A stretch of 64,000 nt of DNA from a virus (Duplodnaviria > Heunggongvirae > Uroviricota > Caudoviricetes): IMG/VR virus record IMGVR_UViG_3300025121_000033. The stretch is one strand, 5' to 3'. Below the pieces are notes generated by a model. The model did not search any database, was not told the origin of the DNA, and worked only from the letters and a program-made list of their open reading frames with translations. The position numbers and the translations under genes were made by a program. Of the stretch, positions 1 to 8,705 are shown one piece after another (position 1 is the stretch's first letter; each line of letters opens with the position of its first letter).

Positions 1-65
1 ACAACCAACTGTGATTCCTCCAAAGAGGAACATTCGAAAGTAACTCCGTCTTTTGTAATCTTCAT
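1..65 (-). CDS. Partial CDS running off the left edge. Visible N-terminus is MKITKDGVTFECSSLEESQLV...
   Basis: ATG at 65..63 on the - strand lies about 60 nt downstream of the leftward consensus promoter. The reading frame stays open to the window edge. Confidence 0.3.
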   Translation of the reverse strand, partial: MKITKDGVTFECSSLEESQLV

Positions 66-131
66 ATATGGATATAATTTTAAAATTTATTTTGAGATCG
101 ACCTTTAAATAAATGATTTTCTAACACATAT

Positions 132-178
132 ATTATATCATATTTTTCTTTACTTGTCAAGTGGTGAGCTGTGGATAA
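132..178 (-). promoter_or_regulatory. Leftward sigma70-type promoter with an upstream DnaA-box-like 9-mer. Extended -10 TGaTATAAT (rc of 132-140), -35 TTGACA (rc of 155-160), box TTATCCACA (rc of 170-178).
   Basis: Read directly on the reverse strand: TTATCCACA, 9 nt, TTGACA, 17 nt, TATAAT. The layout matches the four + strand copies. Confidence 0.6.
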
Positions 179-179
179 G

Positions 180-209
180 TTGCCAAGCGCCACGTACTTA
201 TGATATAGT
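180..209 (+). promoter_or_regulatory. Rightward promoter: TTGCCA (180-185), 18-nt spacer, TGaTATAGT (201-209). It sits directly against the DnaA-box-like 9-mer at 170-178.
   Basis: A -35/-10 pair with extended TG lies upstream of ORF 238..543. It is arranged divergently to the leftward promoter. Confidence 0.4.
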
Positions 210-237
210 AGGTAAAACTTAAATTTAAATTATCAAT

Positions 238-543
238 ATGAACATCAATACACCAATGTCAAGCGAAGCCAATTTTTCGACCAAAGACATCACGCTCGCA
301 GCGACACTTAACACTTTGCTTTTTAAAATCTCCGGGATTAAATATCAGTATGAGGGCACGCGCCCTAAACCAGTCGGTTATTTTGAATTCCCGAACAGCG
401 AGAATCTTCAGAAAGCGATCACCGGATTTCTACGCGGAGAATTAGCGGTTGAACCAAGAAGTTTTATGATGCATTTACGCGCGCTAAAAGCTGAAGTTTC
501 AAACATCTATAAGAACCCAGACAGCCCCCTGCAACCGAAATAA
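238..543 (+). CDS. Hypothetical protein (101 aa).
   Basis: ORF followed by an intrinsic terminator. Confidence 0.5.
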   Translation: MNINTPMSSEANFSTKDITLAATLNTLLFKISGIKYQYEGTRPKPVGYFEFPNSENLQKAITGFLRGELAVEPRSFMMHLRALKAEVSNIYKNPDSPLQPK

Positions 544-555
544 AACCATTAAAAA

Positions 556-580
556 AGCGCCTTAAACGGCGTTTTTTTGT
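556..580 (+). terminator. Rho-independent terminator: stem agcgcc / ggcgtt, loop ttaaac, then T7.
   Basis: GC hairpin followed by a T-run immediately after the stop codon at 543. Confidence 0.6.
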
Positions 581-676
581 TGTTTTTTTAGGGGGTAAAA
601 AGTCGTTTTCTTGGCTAAGATAAGCAATAAAACAAAGGCGTTTTTGTCGTTACAAAATGTAAGCGTAGCTTACCAC

Positions 677-724
677 TTATCCACAGGGGGCATGCTTGAC
701 AAGTGAACGAAACTGTGTTATAAT
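677..724 (+). promoter_or_regulatory. Consensus promoter copy 1: DnaA-box TTATCCACA 677-685, -35 TTGACA 696-701, 17-nt spacer, extended -10 TGtTATAAT 716-724.
   Basis: Exact consensus hexamers with 17-bp spacing. Confidence 0.7.
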
Positions 725-917
725 AGATGCATCATATGAAATAAAAAGTACAATTTATGCCCAAAAATCCTCATCAAAACATTGAACAAAGAACCACACG
801 CGTAAAGCGTCTCTCATCCGTGAAATCGGGTGGTAGTGTTTTGTCCCTTTATGGGGTGAGGAGCTACTGGGCGAGATAATTTACGCGTGTTTTTTTTGTT
901 TAATTAATATATACATT

Positions 918-1322
918 ATGGATAAGACACATATTTTACTCGGAGTAAACTCTCTTATAGACTGGAAAATAAAGCATTTAATATACGAATTCGGGTTAAC
1001 AGGATATGGCGCTTTTAGAATGATAATTGAAATAATGGCCGTCCAGAAAAACCATAAAATCAATCTAAAAGGACTGTCGGAAATTCTTTTACCTTTTTTC
1101 CAAGGGCAAGAAATCACTTATTCAGCAGAAGATGGGATAGGTGGATATAAAAACGAAAGTGGACAATTTATCAGCATAGAAGATGTTGGCTGCTATGAAG
1201 TAAGTAAATTTAAAATAGAAGAAATGATCGATTTTATGATAGAAATTGGCTTATTTAACAGTAAAAACGGACGAATCTGGATCGACTCTTTAAGCGAGCA
1301 ACTTAACAAAAAAACAAATTAA
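918..1322 (+). CDS. Hypothetical protein (134 aa).
   Basis: First ORF downstream of promoter copy 1, after a structured leader of about 190 nt. Confidence 0.5.
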   Translation: MDKTHILLGVNSLIDWKIKHLIYEFGLTGYGAFRMIIEIMAVQKNHKINLKGLSEILLPFFQGQEITYSAEDGIGGYKNESGQFISIEDVGCYEVSKFKIEEMIDFMIEIGLFNSKNGRIWIDSLSEQLNKKTN

Positions 1323-1332
1323 CCACAAATAT

Positions 1333-2532
1333 ATGGCGCAAAAACGCATGATAGATAAACGGATATCCACGTCTGACACAGTGTCAGGATTAGATATAAA
1401 AGCACAGTTAATTTTCACGTGGTCTATACCGCACGCTGACGACTTTGGACTACTACCTTTCAACCAAAAAAGACTCAAAGCGGAGATAGTTCCACTGCTA
1501 GATTTAAGTCTGGAAGACTTTGGAATCCAAGTGGAATCCATCTTGGAGGCGAAATTGTGGGAGGTCTTCGAATGGCAAAATGAGAAGTTTTTTCGCATCC
1601 CAAATTTTACAAAATATCAAACACTAAAAAACGACAGAAAACCTGTTACGTTAGCCAAAAATATCACTAGCTGGAAAGATTGGAATCCAACTGGATTCCA
1701 ATCGGAATCCCAAGAGAAGCTAAGAGAAGCTAAGACAAGTAAAGCTAAAACTACCTTCTCTACATCGTCTGCAACCGCTAACGCGGTTGCATCCAATTCC
1801 GAGAAGGGTGAAATTCCGCCCCTTCGGGTCGGAACCTCACCCGTCCCTACCCCTCCGGGGGGGTTTTCTAAAACTTTAACCATCCAGGACGTGAAGACAG
1901 AAACTGATAGCGATGGGCCTTACGCGTCAGCGCCCAAAGCAAAGTCAAACAAAAATCCTGACGGCAGTTATGGCGACCCCGAAGTCAGCGCCATGATAAA
2001 CGCTATTCGCGCCAAGACCGGCGCCGACCGTCTTAACGACTCGGTTAAGTTCACGCGCAACATCGGGCAAAATCTAGTAAGCCTAAAAAACAAACTCGGC
2101 GCCGGGCAGTTCTGGTTTAGGTTCGATAAGCTTTACGCTGATGAGTTCCATCGCAAAAATTTTACAAAGCCGGAATATATCTACCGCGAGATCGGAGCGT
2201 ACGCCCCAAGCGACCCCCTCGAAGAAATCTGCCTTCGCCTAAAACGCATCATCTCTGGCTTCTGCTCTAACACCCCTGACGATGGCTTAAGTAAAATCAT
2301 CTCAGACAATGTGGGGGAAGCCAGAATAAAAAAACACAATTTGGAGAGCGTGATTAACTGCTACCGGTCGGCCAGCAATGGCATCGAATTCGAAGTGGAA
2401 AAATTACGCACACTCGCCACGCCTGAGTTCATAAAAAAACTAGACGACATTCTGGCAGAAGACGGCATCACAATTTACAACACAGATGTCGCTCCGCTTG
2501 GGAGAGGGTGCCTTATCAAAAAAAACACCTAA
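1333..2532 (+). CDS. Hypothetical protein (399 aa). It contains short internal nucleotide repeats (tggaatccaa and gagaagctaa, each twice).
   Basis: Long ORF followed by an A7-cggc-T9 / ttggctaa hairpin terminator region. Confidence 0.55.
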   Translation: MAQKRMIDKRISTSDTVSGLDIKAQLIFTWSIPHADDFGLLPFNQKRLKAEIVPLLDLSLEDFGIQVESILEAKLWEVFEWQNEKFFRIPNFTKYQTLKNDRKPVTLAKNITSWKDWNPTGFQSESQEKLREAKTSKAKTTFSTSSATANAVASNSEKGEIPPLRVGTSPVPTPPGGFSKTLTIQDVKTETDSDGPYASAPKAKSNKNPDGSYGDPEVSAMINAIRAKTGADRLNDSVKFTRNIGQNLVSLKNKLGAGQFWFRFDKLYADEFHRKNFTKPEYIYREIGAYAPSDPLEEICLRLKRIISGFCSNTPDDGLSKIISDNVGEARIKKHNLESVINCYRSASNGIEFEVEKLRTLATPEFIKKLDDILAEDGITIYNTDVAPLGRGCLIKKNT

Positions 2533-2728
2533 AAAAACGGCTTTTTTTTTCTTGGCTAATCTTAGCCAAATAAAAAATGGGTGGCTATGGTATGACCTGC
2601 CGAGGCCTAAACCCCTCTTAAAAAGTATACCGCAAGGCAAAAAATGACGTCCTGGAGGTGTTTTGAGACGCCCCAAGACCTTTCTGCCAAAAAAGGCAAA
2701 AAAAGCGAAATTTTAAGAATTCATTTTT

Positions 2729-2983
2729 ATGACACAAAAAGTTGTAAAAAAAATGTCCGAAGAGGCAAAAAAAAGATTGGCAAAAATCCCCAAACCAAGG
2801 TGCTCATTTTGCCGTGCTCCAAAGTCGTATGGAAACCCCATCGAAGCGTGCCAAAATTGTCACCAAAATTTTTGTTACGATCACATCTTCGGCGGACAAA
2901 TTTCTCAGAACAAATTTGATAACAAAATTTACAACGTTTGCGCTTCTTGTAAAAAGAAATTTGGGTATATTAGTTTGGATTAA
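2729..2983 (+). CDS. Cys-rich zinc-binding protein (84 aa; CxxC...CxxC...CxxC).
   Basis: ORF with four paired Cys/His motifs. Confidence 0.45.
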   Translation: MTQKVVKKMSEEAKKRLAKIPKPRCSFCRAPKSYGNPIEACQNCHQNFCYDHIFGGQISQNKFDNKIYNVCASCKKKFGYISLD

Positions 2984-2987
2984 AAAC

Positions 2988-3034
2988 TTATCCACAGCTT
3001 GACACTTGACAAGTGAACGAAAGTGTGATATAAT
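2988..3034 (+). promoter_or_regulatory. Consensus promoter copy 2: box 2988-2996, tandem TTGACA at 2999-3004 and 3006-3011, 17-nt spacer, TGaTATAAT 3026-3034.
   Basis: Exact consensus. The predicted transcription start falls about 3041, essentially on the ATG at 3037/3043, so the mRNA is leaderless. Confidence 0.7.
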
Positions 3035-3036
3035 AT

Positions 3037-3576
3037 ATGCGTATGAAAAAAGGAATGCGCTTCAAAATCCAAATCCGCTCCAACTGCCTTATATGTAATG
3101 GCGTTATTACGGTAAATCGCTTTCGCACGTTCTGTAGTAAGAAGTGCCGCGATCGCGCCAGCAACATCAAATACGCTGATATGCATGCCGAGTGGCAGCG
3201 CAAAAGAAATGACGCTGTTAATTCTAAGCCATCCAAGAACAAAGTGAAGTGCCTTGATTGTGGAAGATATTATGTACAAGTCGGATCGCACGTGATCGCT
3301 CGCCACGGCTATGAAACAGCGCGTGAGTATCGCGAACAGAATGGTTTAGATGTAAAGAAGGGCACAGTGCCGACTTGGTATCGCAAGATGAAGGGTGAAC
3401 AAGCCATTGAGAACGAGACATATAAGAATATCATTTTCTCCGGCGCTCCGTTCCGATTTAAAAAAGGGCAGTTTGGCCCTGGTCAGTACAATCGCAGTGA
3501 AGAGACAATCGCGCGGTTAAAAAACTTAAGCCGTGTCCACAAAAAGAATATCTGCTATCGCGGTGATAAAAAATAA
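3037..3576 (+). CDS. Ros/MucR-family zinc-finger DNA-binding protein (179 aa; likely start at 3043).
   Basis: KCLDCGRYYVQVGSHVIARHGYETAREYREQNGL matches the Ros/MucR C-x2-C-x9-H-x4-H finger and the following (T)PEEYRE(K)WxL helix motif. Confidence 0.65.
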   Translation: MRMKKGMRFKIQIRSNCLICNGVITVNRFRTFCSKKCRDRASNIKYADMHAEWQRKRNDAVNSKPSKNKVKCLDCGRYYVQVGSHVIARHGYETAREYREQNGLDVKKGTVPTWYRKMKGEQAIENETYKNIIFSGAPFRFKKGQFGPGQYNRSEETIARLKNLSRVHKKNICYRGDKK

Positions 3577-3578
3577 TT

Positions 3579-3788
3579 ATGCGTTTCAACGGTAAAGAGA
3601 CAAATTCAAACGGCGTGGAAATATTTTCTTTCTCACTCGGCATAGAAGAATTGAAACTATTGCGCGGAATATTGCGTGATAGCCACGAGCGCATGCCGAA
3701 GATAACCGAAACCATGCAGGTGCGCAGTCGTTTAAGCAACATGCGCTCTAATGTAGAAAAAACATTATCATCTTATGAAAAAATTTGA
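3579..3788 (+). CDS. Hypothetical small protein (69 aa).
   Basis: ORF in tight gene packing. It overlaps the next start by 14 nt. Confidence 0.35.
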   Translation: MRFNGKETNSNGVEIFSFSLGIEELKLLRGILRDSHERMPKITETMQVRSRLSNMRSNVEKTLSSYEKI

Positions 3789-4293
3789 AAAGTATACTAC
3801 CACACTGGGGATGAACTGTGTCGTAAACGTGCTGGTCGACGATGAGGACGCTTGGATACTAGAACAAAAACCATGGCATTTTGCTTACGGTCAGAAGAAG
3901 CTACCTTTCATAACCGTGATGGTTGATCCTGTAAAACAGCATAGGAGAATGCTCCATCATATAGTTCTTTGCGGTGAGAACAAGTGCTCTACCGCATGTG
4001 GTATAATCCACATTAATGGCGACACCACCGACAATCGTAAATCAAATTTAAAAAAAATTAGTTTCGCGTTTAGCCAAACGATGCGCGCTAATAGAACTGA
4101 CACAAAGAGTGGATACCGCGGGGTATATTATAGAGCTGACAACAAAAATCTTCCTTGGATTGCGGTTGTGAAATGTGAAGGAAAGAGGCAGCACCTTGGC
4201 GCTTATGCTACAAAAGAGGAAGCGGCGCAGATAGTGGATGATTTCAGGCGCGAAATATACGGTGATAAAATCCCTTTAAATTTAAAAAAATAA
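3775..4293 (+). CDS. HNH endonuclease with a C-terminal AP2 DNA-binding domain (homing-endonuclease type).
   Basis: HINGDTTDNRKSNL is an HNH motif. SGYRGVYY...WIAVVKCEGKRQHLGAYATKEEAAQIVD is an AP2 domain. Confidence 0.7.
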   Translation: MKKFEKYTTTLGMNCVVNVLVDDEDAWILEQKPWHFAYGQKKLPFITVMVDPVKQHRRMLHHIVLCGENKCSTACGIIHINGDTTDNRKSNLKKISFAFSQTMRANRTDTKSGYRGVYYRADNKNLPWIAVVKCEGKRQHLGAYATKEEAAQIVDDFRREIYGDKIPLNLKK

Positions 4294-4296
4294 TAT

Positions 4297-4461
4297 ATGA
4301 ACGAAAAAGAATACAAATTGGCGTTAGAGTTAATCGAAGTTCTGATGCTACGTGACCCGGAGCCAGGTGAGTATGACGGTCAAGTCCTTGGCCTCTTGGC
4401 TGACTTGGCAACGCGCTATGAAAACAAACACCCGAAAGTTTTAAAGCGTAATAAAAAATAA
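4297..4461 (+). CDS. Small hypothetical protein (54 aa) that fills a gap and was not in the >=60-aa ORF track.
   Basis: Own translation: MNEKEYKLALELIEVLMLRDPEPGEYDGQVLGLLADLATRYENKHPKVLKRNKK. It starts and ends at typical TAATATATG / TAATTTTATG junctions. Confidence 0.35.
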   Translation: MNEKEYKLALELIEVLMLRDPEPGEYDGQVLGLLADLATRYENKHPKVLKRNKK

Positions 4462-4465
4462 TTTT

Positions 4466-4855
4466 ATGCCGAAGAAAACTAAACTACGTGATGAGCGGTT
4501 GGGCAAGCAGCAGAGCGACAAGACCATTATTGTAAAACCAAAATTTGCCTATGATGATAAGCCGTGGTTTGTTAACAATGATGACAAAAAGATAGAGCGA
4601 TTGGATATATATCAATATGATATAGGATACGGCGCGGGGTGCGGAGAAAATTGTTGTGAAGAGTGTGAGAGAAAAAATGGATGTTGGATAATAATTCGCT
4701 ACCATGGTGTGAATAAGCGGGGAGACGAACAAGATCTAGATGAATGCGAACTGTTCTCTACTAAAGAAGAGGCGATTGAGTCAATAAGAAAATCATTCAC
4801 GAGAGACGCTGAGTATAAAATCGCGGAATACCTAAGTTCTAAAAAGGAAAAATAA
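4466..4855 (+). CDS. Hypothetical Cys-rich protein (129 aa).
   Basis: ORF containing GCGENCCEECERKNGC. Confidence 0.5.
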   Translation: MPKKTKLRDERLGKQQSDKTIIVKPKFAYDDKPWFVNNDDKKIERLDIYQYDIGYGAGCGENCCEECERKNGCWIIIRYHGVNKRGDEQDLDECELFSTKEEAIESIRKSFTRDAEYKIAEYLSSKKEK

Positions 4856-4859
4856 TTTT

Positions 4860-5009
4860 ATGCCAAAACTCACATGGGCTGATCTCGCTAAAGGCGGAAA
4901 AGCGTTGACGCTAAAACAAATTAACGAATTGATAAAATTGTGTGACGCTGAGTCGGAAGAATGGTCTCACTTTAAAAAAGTTTTACTGAAATTAAAAAAG
5001 AAAAAATAA
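4860..5009 (+). CDS. Small hypothetical protein (49 aa).
   Basis: Own translation MPKLTWADLAKGGKALTLKQINELIKLCDAESEEWSHFKKVLLKLKKKK. It abuts the flanking genes exactly. Confidence 0.3.
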   Translation: MPKLTWADLAKGGKALTLKQINELIKLCDAESEEWSHFKKVLLKLKKKK

Positions 5010-5011
5010 TT

Positions 5012-5524
5012 ATGCGTGCTGATCTCGAAAAGAAATTAATTTTTATTGACTGTGAGGCTAACGGCAGATGTCCGGGGCGTGGGCTCATGACTGAGTTCGG
5101 CGCAGTGGCATACTCCACGCGCGAAACTTTCCATGGGAGTTTGGTAGAATGCGACAACACGTCCGCTCAAGTAGAATTCCCTTACGATAAATTGTTCGAT
5201 CTGGTTAAAACAAAAAAGGTAATGGAAGATTTCGCGGCGTGGCTCATTACAATTGTTGGGACTGAAAAGCCGGTTTTCGTTTCTGACAATCCGGCATTCG
5301 ATTGGCAGTGGATAAATTATTATTTTTGGAACTACACTGAAATCGGAAATCCATTCGGACATTCGGCGCGAAGAATTTCAGACTTCTACGCTGGGCTTAA
5401 AAATGATTTCGCTGATAGCCAGCGCTGGAAGAAATTAAGAAAAACAAATCACGACCATAATCCAGTACATGACGCTCTTGGCAATGTCGAAGCCTTTGAG
5501 CGCATGCTAAATGGGGAAAGATAA
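5012..5524 (+). CDS. DEDDh-type 3'-5' exonuclease (DnaQ / RNase T-like).
   Basis: Exo I motif LIFIDCEANG, Exo II motif FVSDNPAFDWQWI, Exo III motif HNPVHDALGNVEAF. Confidence 0.6.
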   Translation: MRADLEKKLIFIDCEANGRCPGRGLMTEFGAVAYSTRETFHGSLVECDNTSAQVEFPYDKLFDLVKTKKVMEDFAAWLITIVGTEKPVFVSDNPAFDWQWINYYFWNYTEIGNPFGHSARRISDFYAGLKNDFADSQRWKKLRKTNHDHNPVHDALGNVEAFERMLNGER

Positions 5525-5536
5525 TTAAATAAAAAT

Positions 5537-5812
5537 ATGATGCCAAAATATACCGCAGTAGTTTTAAGAGCCATGTGTAGGGCTGTTAAAGCCAGTTACA
5601 AAAAAATTGATTTCAAAAAACCGGATTGGTTTCACGAATTCAGTTGGACTGTTGAGAAAGAAAATAATTTTATCAAATGGTTGACAAACTATCTGATGGG
5701 CACAAAAGAAGCGCGCAAAGAAATGATGCGCTTTCCGTCTAAAGACCCGAAGAACGTGAAGAGAACGGCGGAAGAGTTTGTCTTCAACTACGGTTGGAAA
5801 CTTAAAGATTAA
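5537..5812 (+). CDS. Hypothetical protein (91 aa).
   Basis: ORF. Confidence 0.45.
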   Translation: MMPKYTAVVLRAMCRAVKASYKKIDFKKPDWFHEFSWTVEKENNFIKWLTNYLMGTKEARKEMMRFPSKDPKNVKRTAEEFVFNYGWKLKD

Positions 5813-5815
5813 ATT

Positions 5816-5911
5816 ATGAGAGTATTATTTGAACTTACGCTTGTCGCATTGGTCGTAGCGACGGGTTGGAAAATTTTAACTTACTTATTTAGATCTAAAT
5901 CTAAAAAATAA
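5816..5911 (+). CDS. Possible 31-aa single-pass membrane peptide (MRVLFELTLVALVVATGWKILTYLFRSKSKK).
   Basis: Fills the gap exactly and has a hydrophobic core. Confidence 0.25.
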   Translation: MRVLFELTLVALVVATGWKILTYLFRSKSKK

Positions 5912-5915
5912 ATCT

Positions 5916-6755
5916 ATGGACGAATCAAACAAAACAAAATTAGTAATTTCCGGAATCGTATTAGTTGTCGCGTTAGTCGTTCTCGCGATTGTGAATCCAT
6001 TTGTAGTCATCGCTGCCGGTTATAAAGGCGTGGTGCTCCACTGGGGTGCAGCGCAAGATAAGTCCCTTGACGCTGGCATTCATTGGGTGACCCCAATTTC
6101 GGAGAGTGTGGTTAAAATGGATATTCGTATCCAAAAAGAAGAAGTGGAAGCGTCAGCCGCATCAAAAGATTTACAAGTCGTAACATCAAAGGTGGCGATG
6201 AATTTCCATCTCGATAGTGATAAAGTTAACCAACTCTATAAGAACATCGGTAAGGACTATAAGGAGCGCGTGATTGATCCTTCAATCCAAGAAGCGGTGA
6301 AATCAGCGACAGCAAAGTACACTGCCGAAGAGCTTGTCACTAAACGAGAGTTGGTTAAAGAAGACATCAAAACGTCTCTTAAAAGCCGATTGGCCACTGA
6401 CTACATTATAGTGGACGAGCTAAACATAATTAACTTTGACTTCTCGCCATCGTTTAACGCGGCGATTGAAGCGAAAGTGACGGCTGAGCAGAATGCCCTT
6501 GCTTCTAAAAATAAATTGGAGCAAGTGAAGTATGAAGCGGAACAGCGAATCGCGACTGCTGAAGCGGAAGCTAAATCAATTCGTCTTCAGTCAGATGCCG
6601 CGAACAATGAAAAATTTATTTCATTAAAAGCGCTTGAAGTGCAGTTGGAATTTGCCAAGCACTACAAGGGTGATATGCCTCAGACGTTATATATCGTGGC
6701 AGGAGCGAATGGGACTTTGCCTGGGCCGTTAGGGATATTGAACCTTAATAAATAA
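5916..6755 (+). CDS. Prohibitin / SPFH (band-7) family membrane protein.
   Basis: N-terminal transmembrane segment. SKDLQ, IGKDYKERVIDPSI, AEELVTKRE and IVDELNIINFDFSPSFNAAIEAKVTAEQNA align with the prohibitin core (SKDLQ, [50 protein letters not shown]). Confidence 0.75.
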   Translation: MDESNKTKLVISGIVLVVALVVLAIVNPFVVIAAGYKGVVLHWGAAQDKSLDAGIHWVTPISESVVKMDIRIQKEEVEASAASKDLQVVTSKVAMNFHLDSDKVNQLYKNIGKDYKERVIDPSIQEAVKSATAKYTAEELVTKRELVKEDIKTSLKSRLATDYIIVDELNIINFDFSPSFNAAIEAKVTAEQNALASKNKLEQVKYEAEQRIATAEAEAKSIRLQSDAANNEKFISLKALEVQLEFAKHYKGDMPQTLYIVAGANGTLPGPLGILNLNK

Positions 6756-6758
6756 AAT

Positions 6759-7256
6759 ATGACACAAGCAGAATTTGATAATTTAAAAATCGGAGACATT
6801 ATTAATGTGCTTCAGCATCTAGAGAATTGCTGTGCGTCTAGAGAGGCTCATAATTTTAATGGCTGTGATACTGTGACGGAGCAGGCTGTGGTGAATAAAA
6901 TCGAAAATAAGGTGGTATATTTTACTTGTTTTGATACGCTTGGTAACGGTAAAGGCGCTTACGGGTGTAGCCATCCTTATGATGGTGTACGCGAACAAGT
7001 AAATACGCAAATTTTATCAATTAATAAAACTAATTCTAAAAAATCTATGAGCTCAAATGTATTAGACTTTTTCCGCAACATGGCCGCCAGCGCGGAAGAA
7101 AAATTGTTAAAAGAATTTGGCGTTGAAGATCCTATCGGCACACCAACCGAAGCCGGATTAAAATTAGCGCAGGAGATTCAGTACAAAACTGTGCGCCCAC
7201 AAATCGTCGAAGTGGTTAAAAAGATGAAAGAAGAGCAAGAAAAAAATAAAGAATAA
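6759..7256 (+). CDS. Hypothetical protein (165 aa).
   Basis: ORF. Confidence 0.5.
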   Translation: MTQAEFDNLKIGDIINVLQHLENCCASREAHNFNGCDTVTEQAVVNKIENKVVYFTCFDTLGNGKGAYGCSHPYDGVREQVNTQILSINKTNSKKSMSSNVLDFFRNMAASAEEKLLKEFGVEDPIGTPTEAGLKLAQEIQYKTVRPQIVEVVKKMKEEQEKNKE

Positions 7257-7259
7257 ATT

Positions 7260-7649
7260 ATGTTTAAAAAAATCTTTAGCGTAGTCTGCGCTTGGATAGC
7301 GGCGATAGTCGGAACGCCGATTGTGCTGATAGCGCTTGGCTATTTGTATAAGTTAGATCAGTTTATCTTTGGGCGGGTATTCCCCACTATGAGAGACGAT
7401 GATAAGGGGATAGCGGCTGTGATGACCGTAGTGATTACTTTGGGTGTCGGCTTGTTCTTTACTGCCATCGTGATTGATAACGATTCTAACGCTGTGTACA
7501 CGACTCATAAATGTAATATTTGTAAAGAAAGATTAAAGATCGGTGAGGGGGCTCATCGGAGTTTAGAGGATGGAAGTTGCTTCTGTGTCTGTGATAAATG
7601 TAAGCCGACTGTCGTTTTTTACGATGGAGACGTAAAACCAAAAAGTTAA
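7260..7649 (+). CDS. Membrane protein with a C-terminal Cys cluster (129 aa).
   Basis: Two hydrophobic segments plus CNICK...CFCVCDKCK. Confidence 0.5.
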   Translation: MFKKIFSVVCAWIAAIVGTPIVLIALGYLYKLDQFIFGRVFPTMRDDDKGIAAVMTVVITLGVGLFFTAIVIDNDSNAVYTTHKCNICKERLKIGEGAHRSLEDGSCFCVCDKCKPTVVFYDGDVKPKS

Positions 7650-7667
7650 TTAATTAATTTAAAAAAT

Positions 7668-8138
7668 ATGTTCGGACTATCAAAAAATAATGAATTATCT
7701 GAGAGGGTAAATTTCTTAGAGGAAGAACTCAAGCGTGTACGCGAAGAGCGTAACACAGCGCTTGATCATCTTCAAAGTATAAAATCTTTTACACTTAACG
7801 GCTGCACGCTAGACGAATGGTTGAAACAAAGGACGGATAATTTAAATCTGTTTCTTGATGAAGAATATAAAGCTAAAATGGCTGCGCAAGCGAACGAATT
7901 ACAAGAGGGATTTTTAAGACAAACTGAAGCGATACGGCTTGCGCGAGAAAATGATAAAATCCAAATCGCGCAACTGACTACCAAAGTCGAAATGCTCGAA
8001 AAAGTAATCGATGTTGGCGGTGAAGTGGTGGACATCAAAGATTTGGTTAACAAACTAATCGCGAAGATGCCGGAGATCAAACTGGATAACATCTCAGTGA
8101 ACGTTAACGCTAAGCCAGAGGCGAATATTAATAACTAA
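7668..8138 (+). CDS. Hypothetical coiled-coil protein (156 aa).
   Basis: ORF. Confidence 0.5.
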   Translation: MFGLSKNNELSERVNFLEEELKRVREERNTALDHLQSIKSFTLNGCTLDEWLKQRTDNLNLFLDEEYKAKMAAQANELQEGFLRQTEAIRLARENDKIQIAQLTTKVEMLEKVIDVGGEVVDIKDLVNKLIAKMPEIKLDNISVNVNAKPEANINN

Positions 8139-8143
8139 ATCGT

Positions 8144-8701
8144 ATGGCTCTTGCCGGACTTACCCCTTTCTGGGGTTCATGGGGCGACAAGTACGGACAA
8201 TCTACTTATACTACCGCTGGGTCAGTAACAGCCAGCGGTAGTGGCGGTGGTATGAGCGCGGGAAGCGTCTACGCGCTTCAGCAGCAACTTGAAAAAGAGA
8301 TGCGTGAAGCTATTTCGTCTCGAAAGATGATGCCGCCAATGTTATCGCAAAAAATGATGGTATCACCCAAAATGTTTGAAAATTTGGATTTTAAAATTGG
8401 TGTTGATGTGGCGCGTGATACTAGGACTTGTCCGAACTGCTCTTATGTAGAGACCATGACCTGCGTGTATAGCAGACGTAATCCTGATATCTGCCCTAAA
8501 TGTGGTTGGGACCATCGGAGAAGTTATCAAGAAGACATGGAGCAACGCCATCGCCAACAGACTGAGGAGATGTTGTATATAACTCGTGACGGTGAGCTGA
8601 CTGTCAGATCCGCGAAAGTCAGAGGCGAAATAAAATTACCGCCAAGTAAAAATGCTTCTTACAAGAAATTGTATTTGCGAGCGTTAAAATTAAGAAAATA
8701 A
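8144..8701 (+). CDS. Hypothetical protein with a zinc ribbon (CPNCSY...CPKCGW).
   Basis: ORF. Confidence 0.5.
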   Translation: MALAGLTPFWGSWGDKYGQSTYTTAGSVTASGSGGGMSAGSVYALQQQLEKEMREAISSRKMMPPMLSQKMMVSPKMFENLDFKIGVDVARDTRTCPNCSYVETMTCVYSRRNPDICPKCGWDHRRSYQEDMEQRHRQQTEEMLYITRDGELTVRSAKVRGEIKLPPSKNASYKKLYLRALKLRK

Positions 8702-8705
8702 TTTT

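Noticed and set aside
2533-2728. Recurrent ggcaaaaaa A-tracts and the duplicated cttggctaa(g/t)at motif (608-620; 2552-2566), considered as possible iterons or an origin.
   Set aside because: Only two or three irregularly spaced copies, with no clear phasing. More simply explained as terminator-proximal hairpins and A-tract bending. Not enough for an origin call.
2644-2919. 91-aa ORF overlapping the Cys-rich gene 2729..2983.
   Set aside because: Low-complexity Lys-rich translation of an A-rich region. The overlapping zinc-binding ORF has the family-typical start context.
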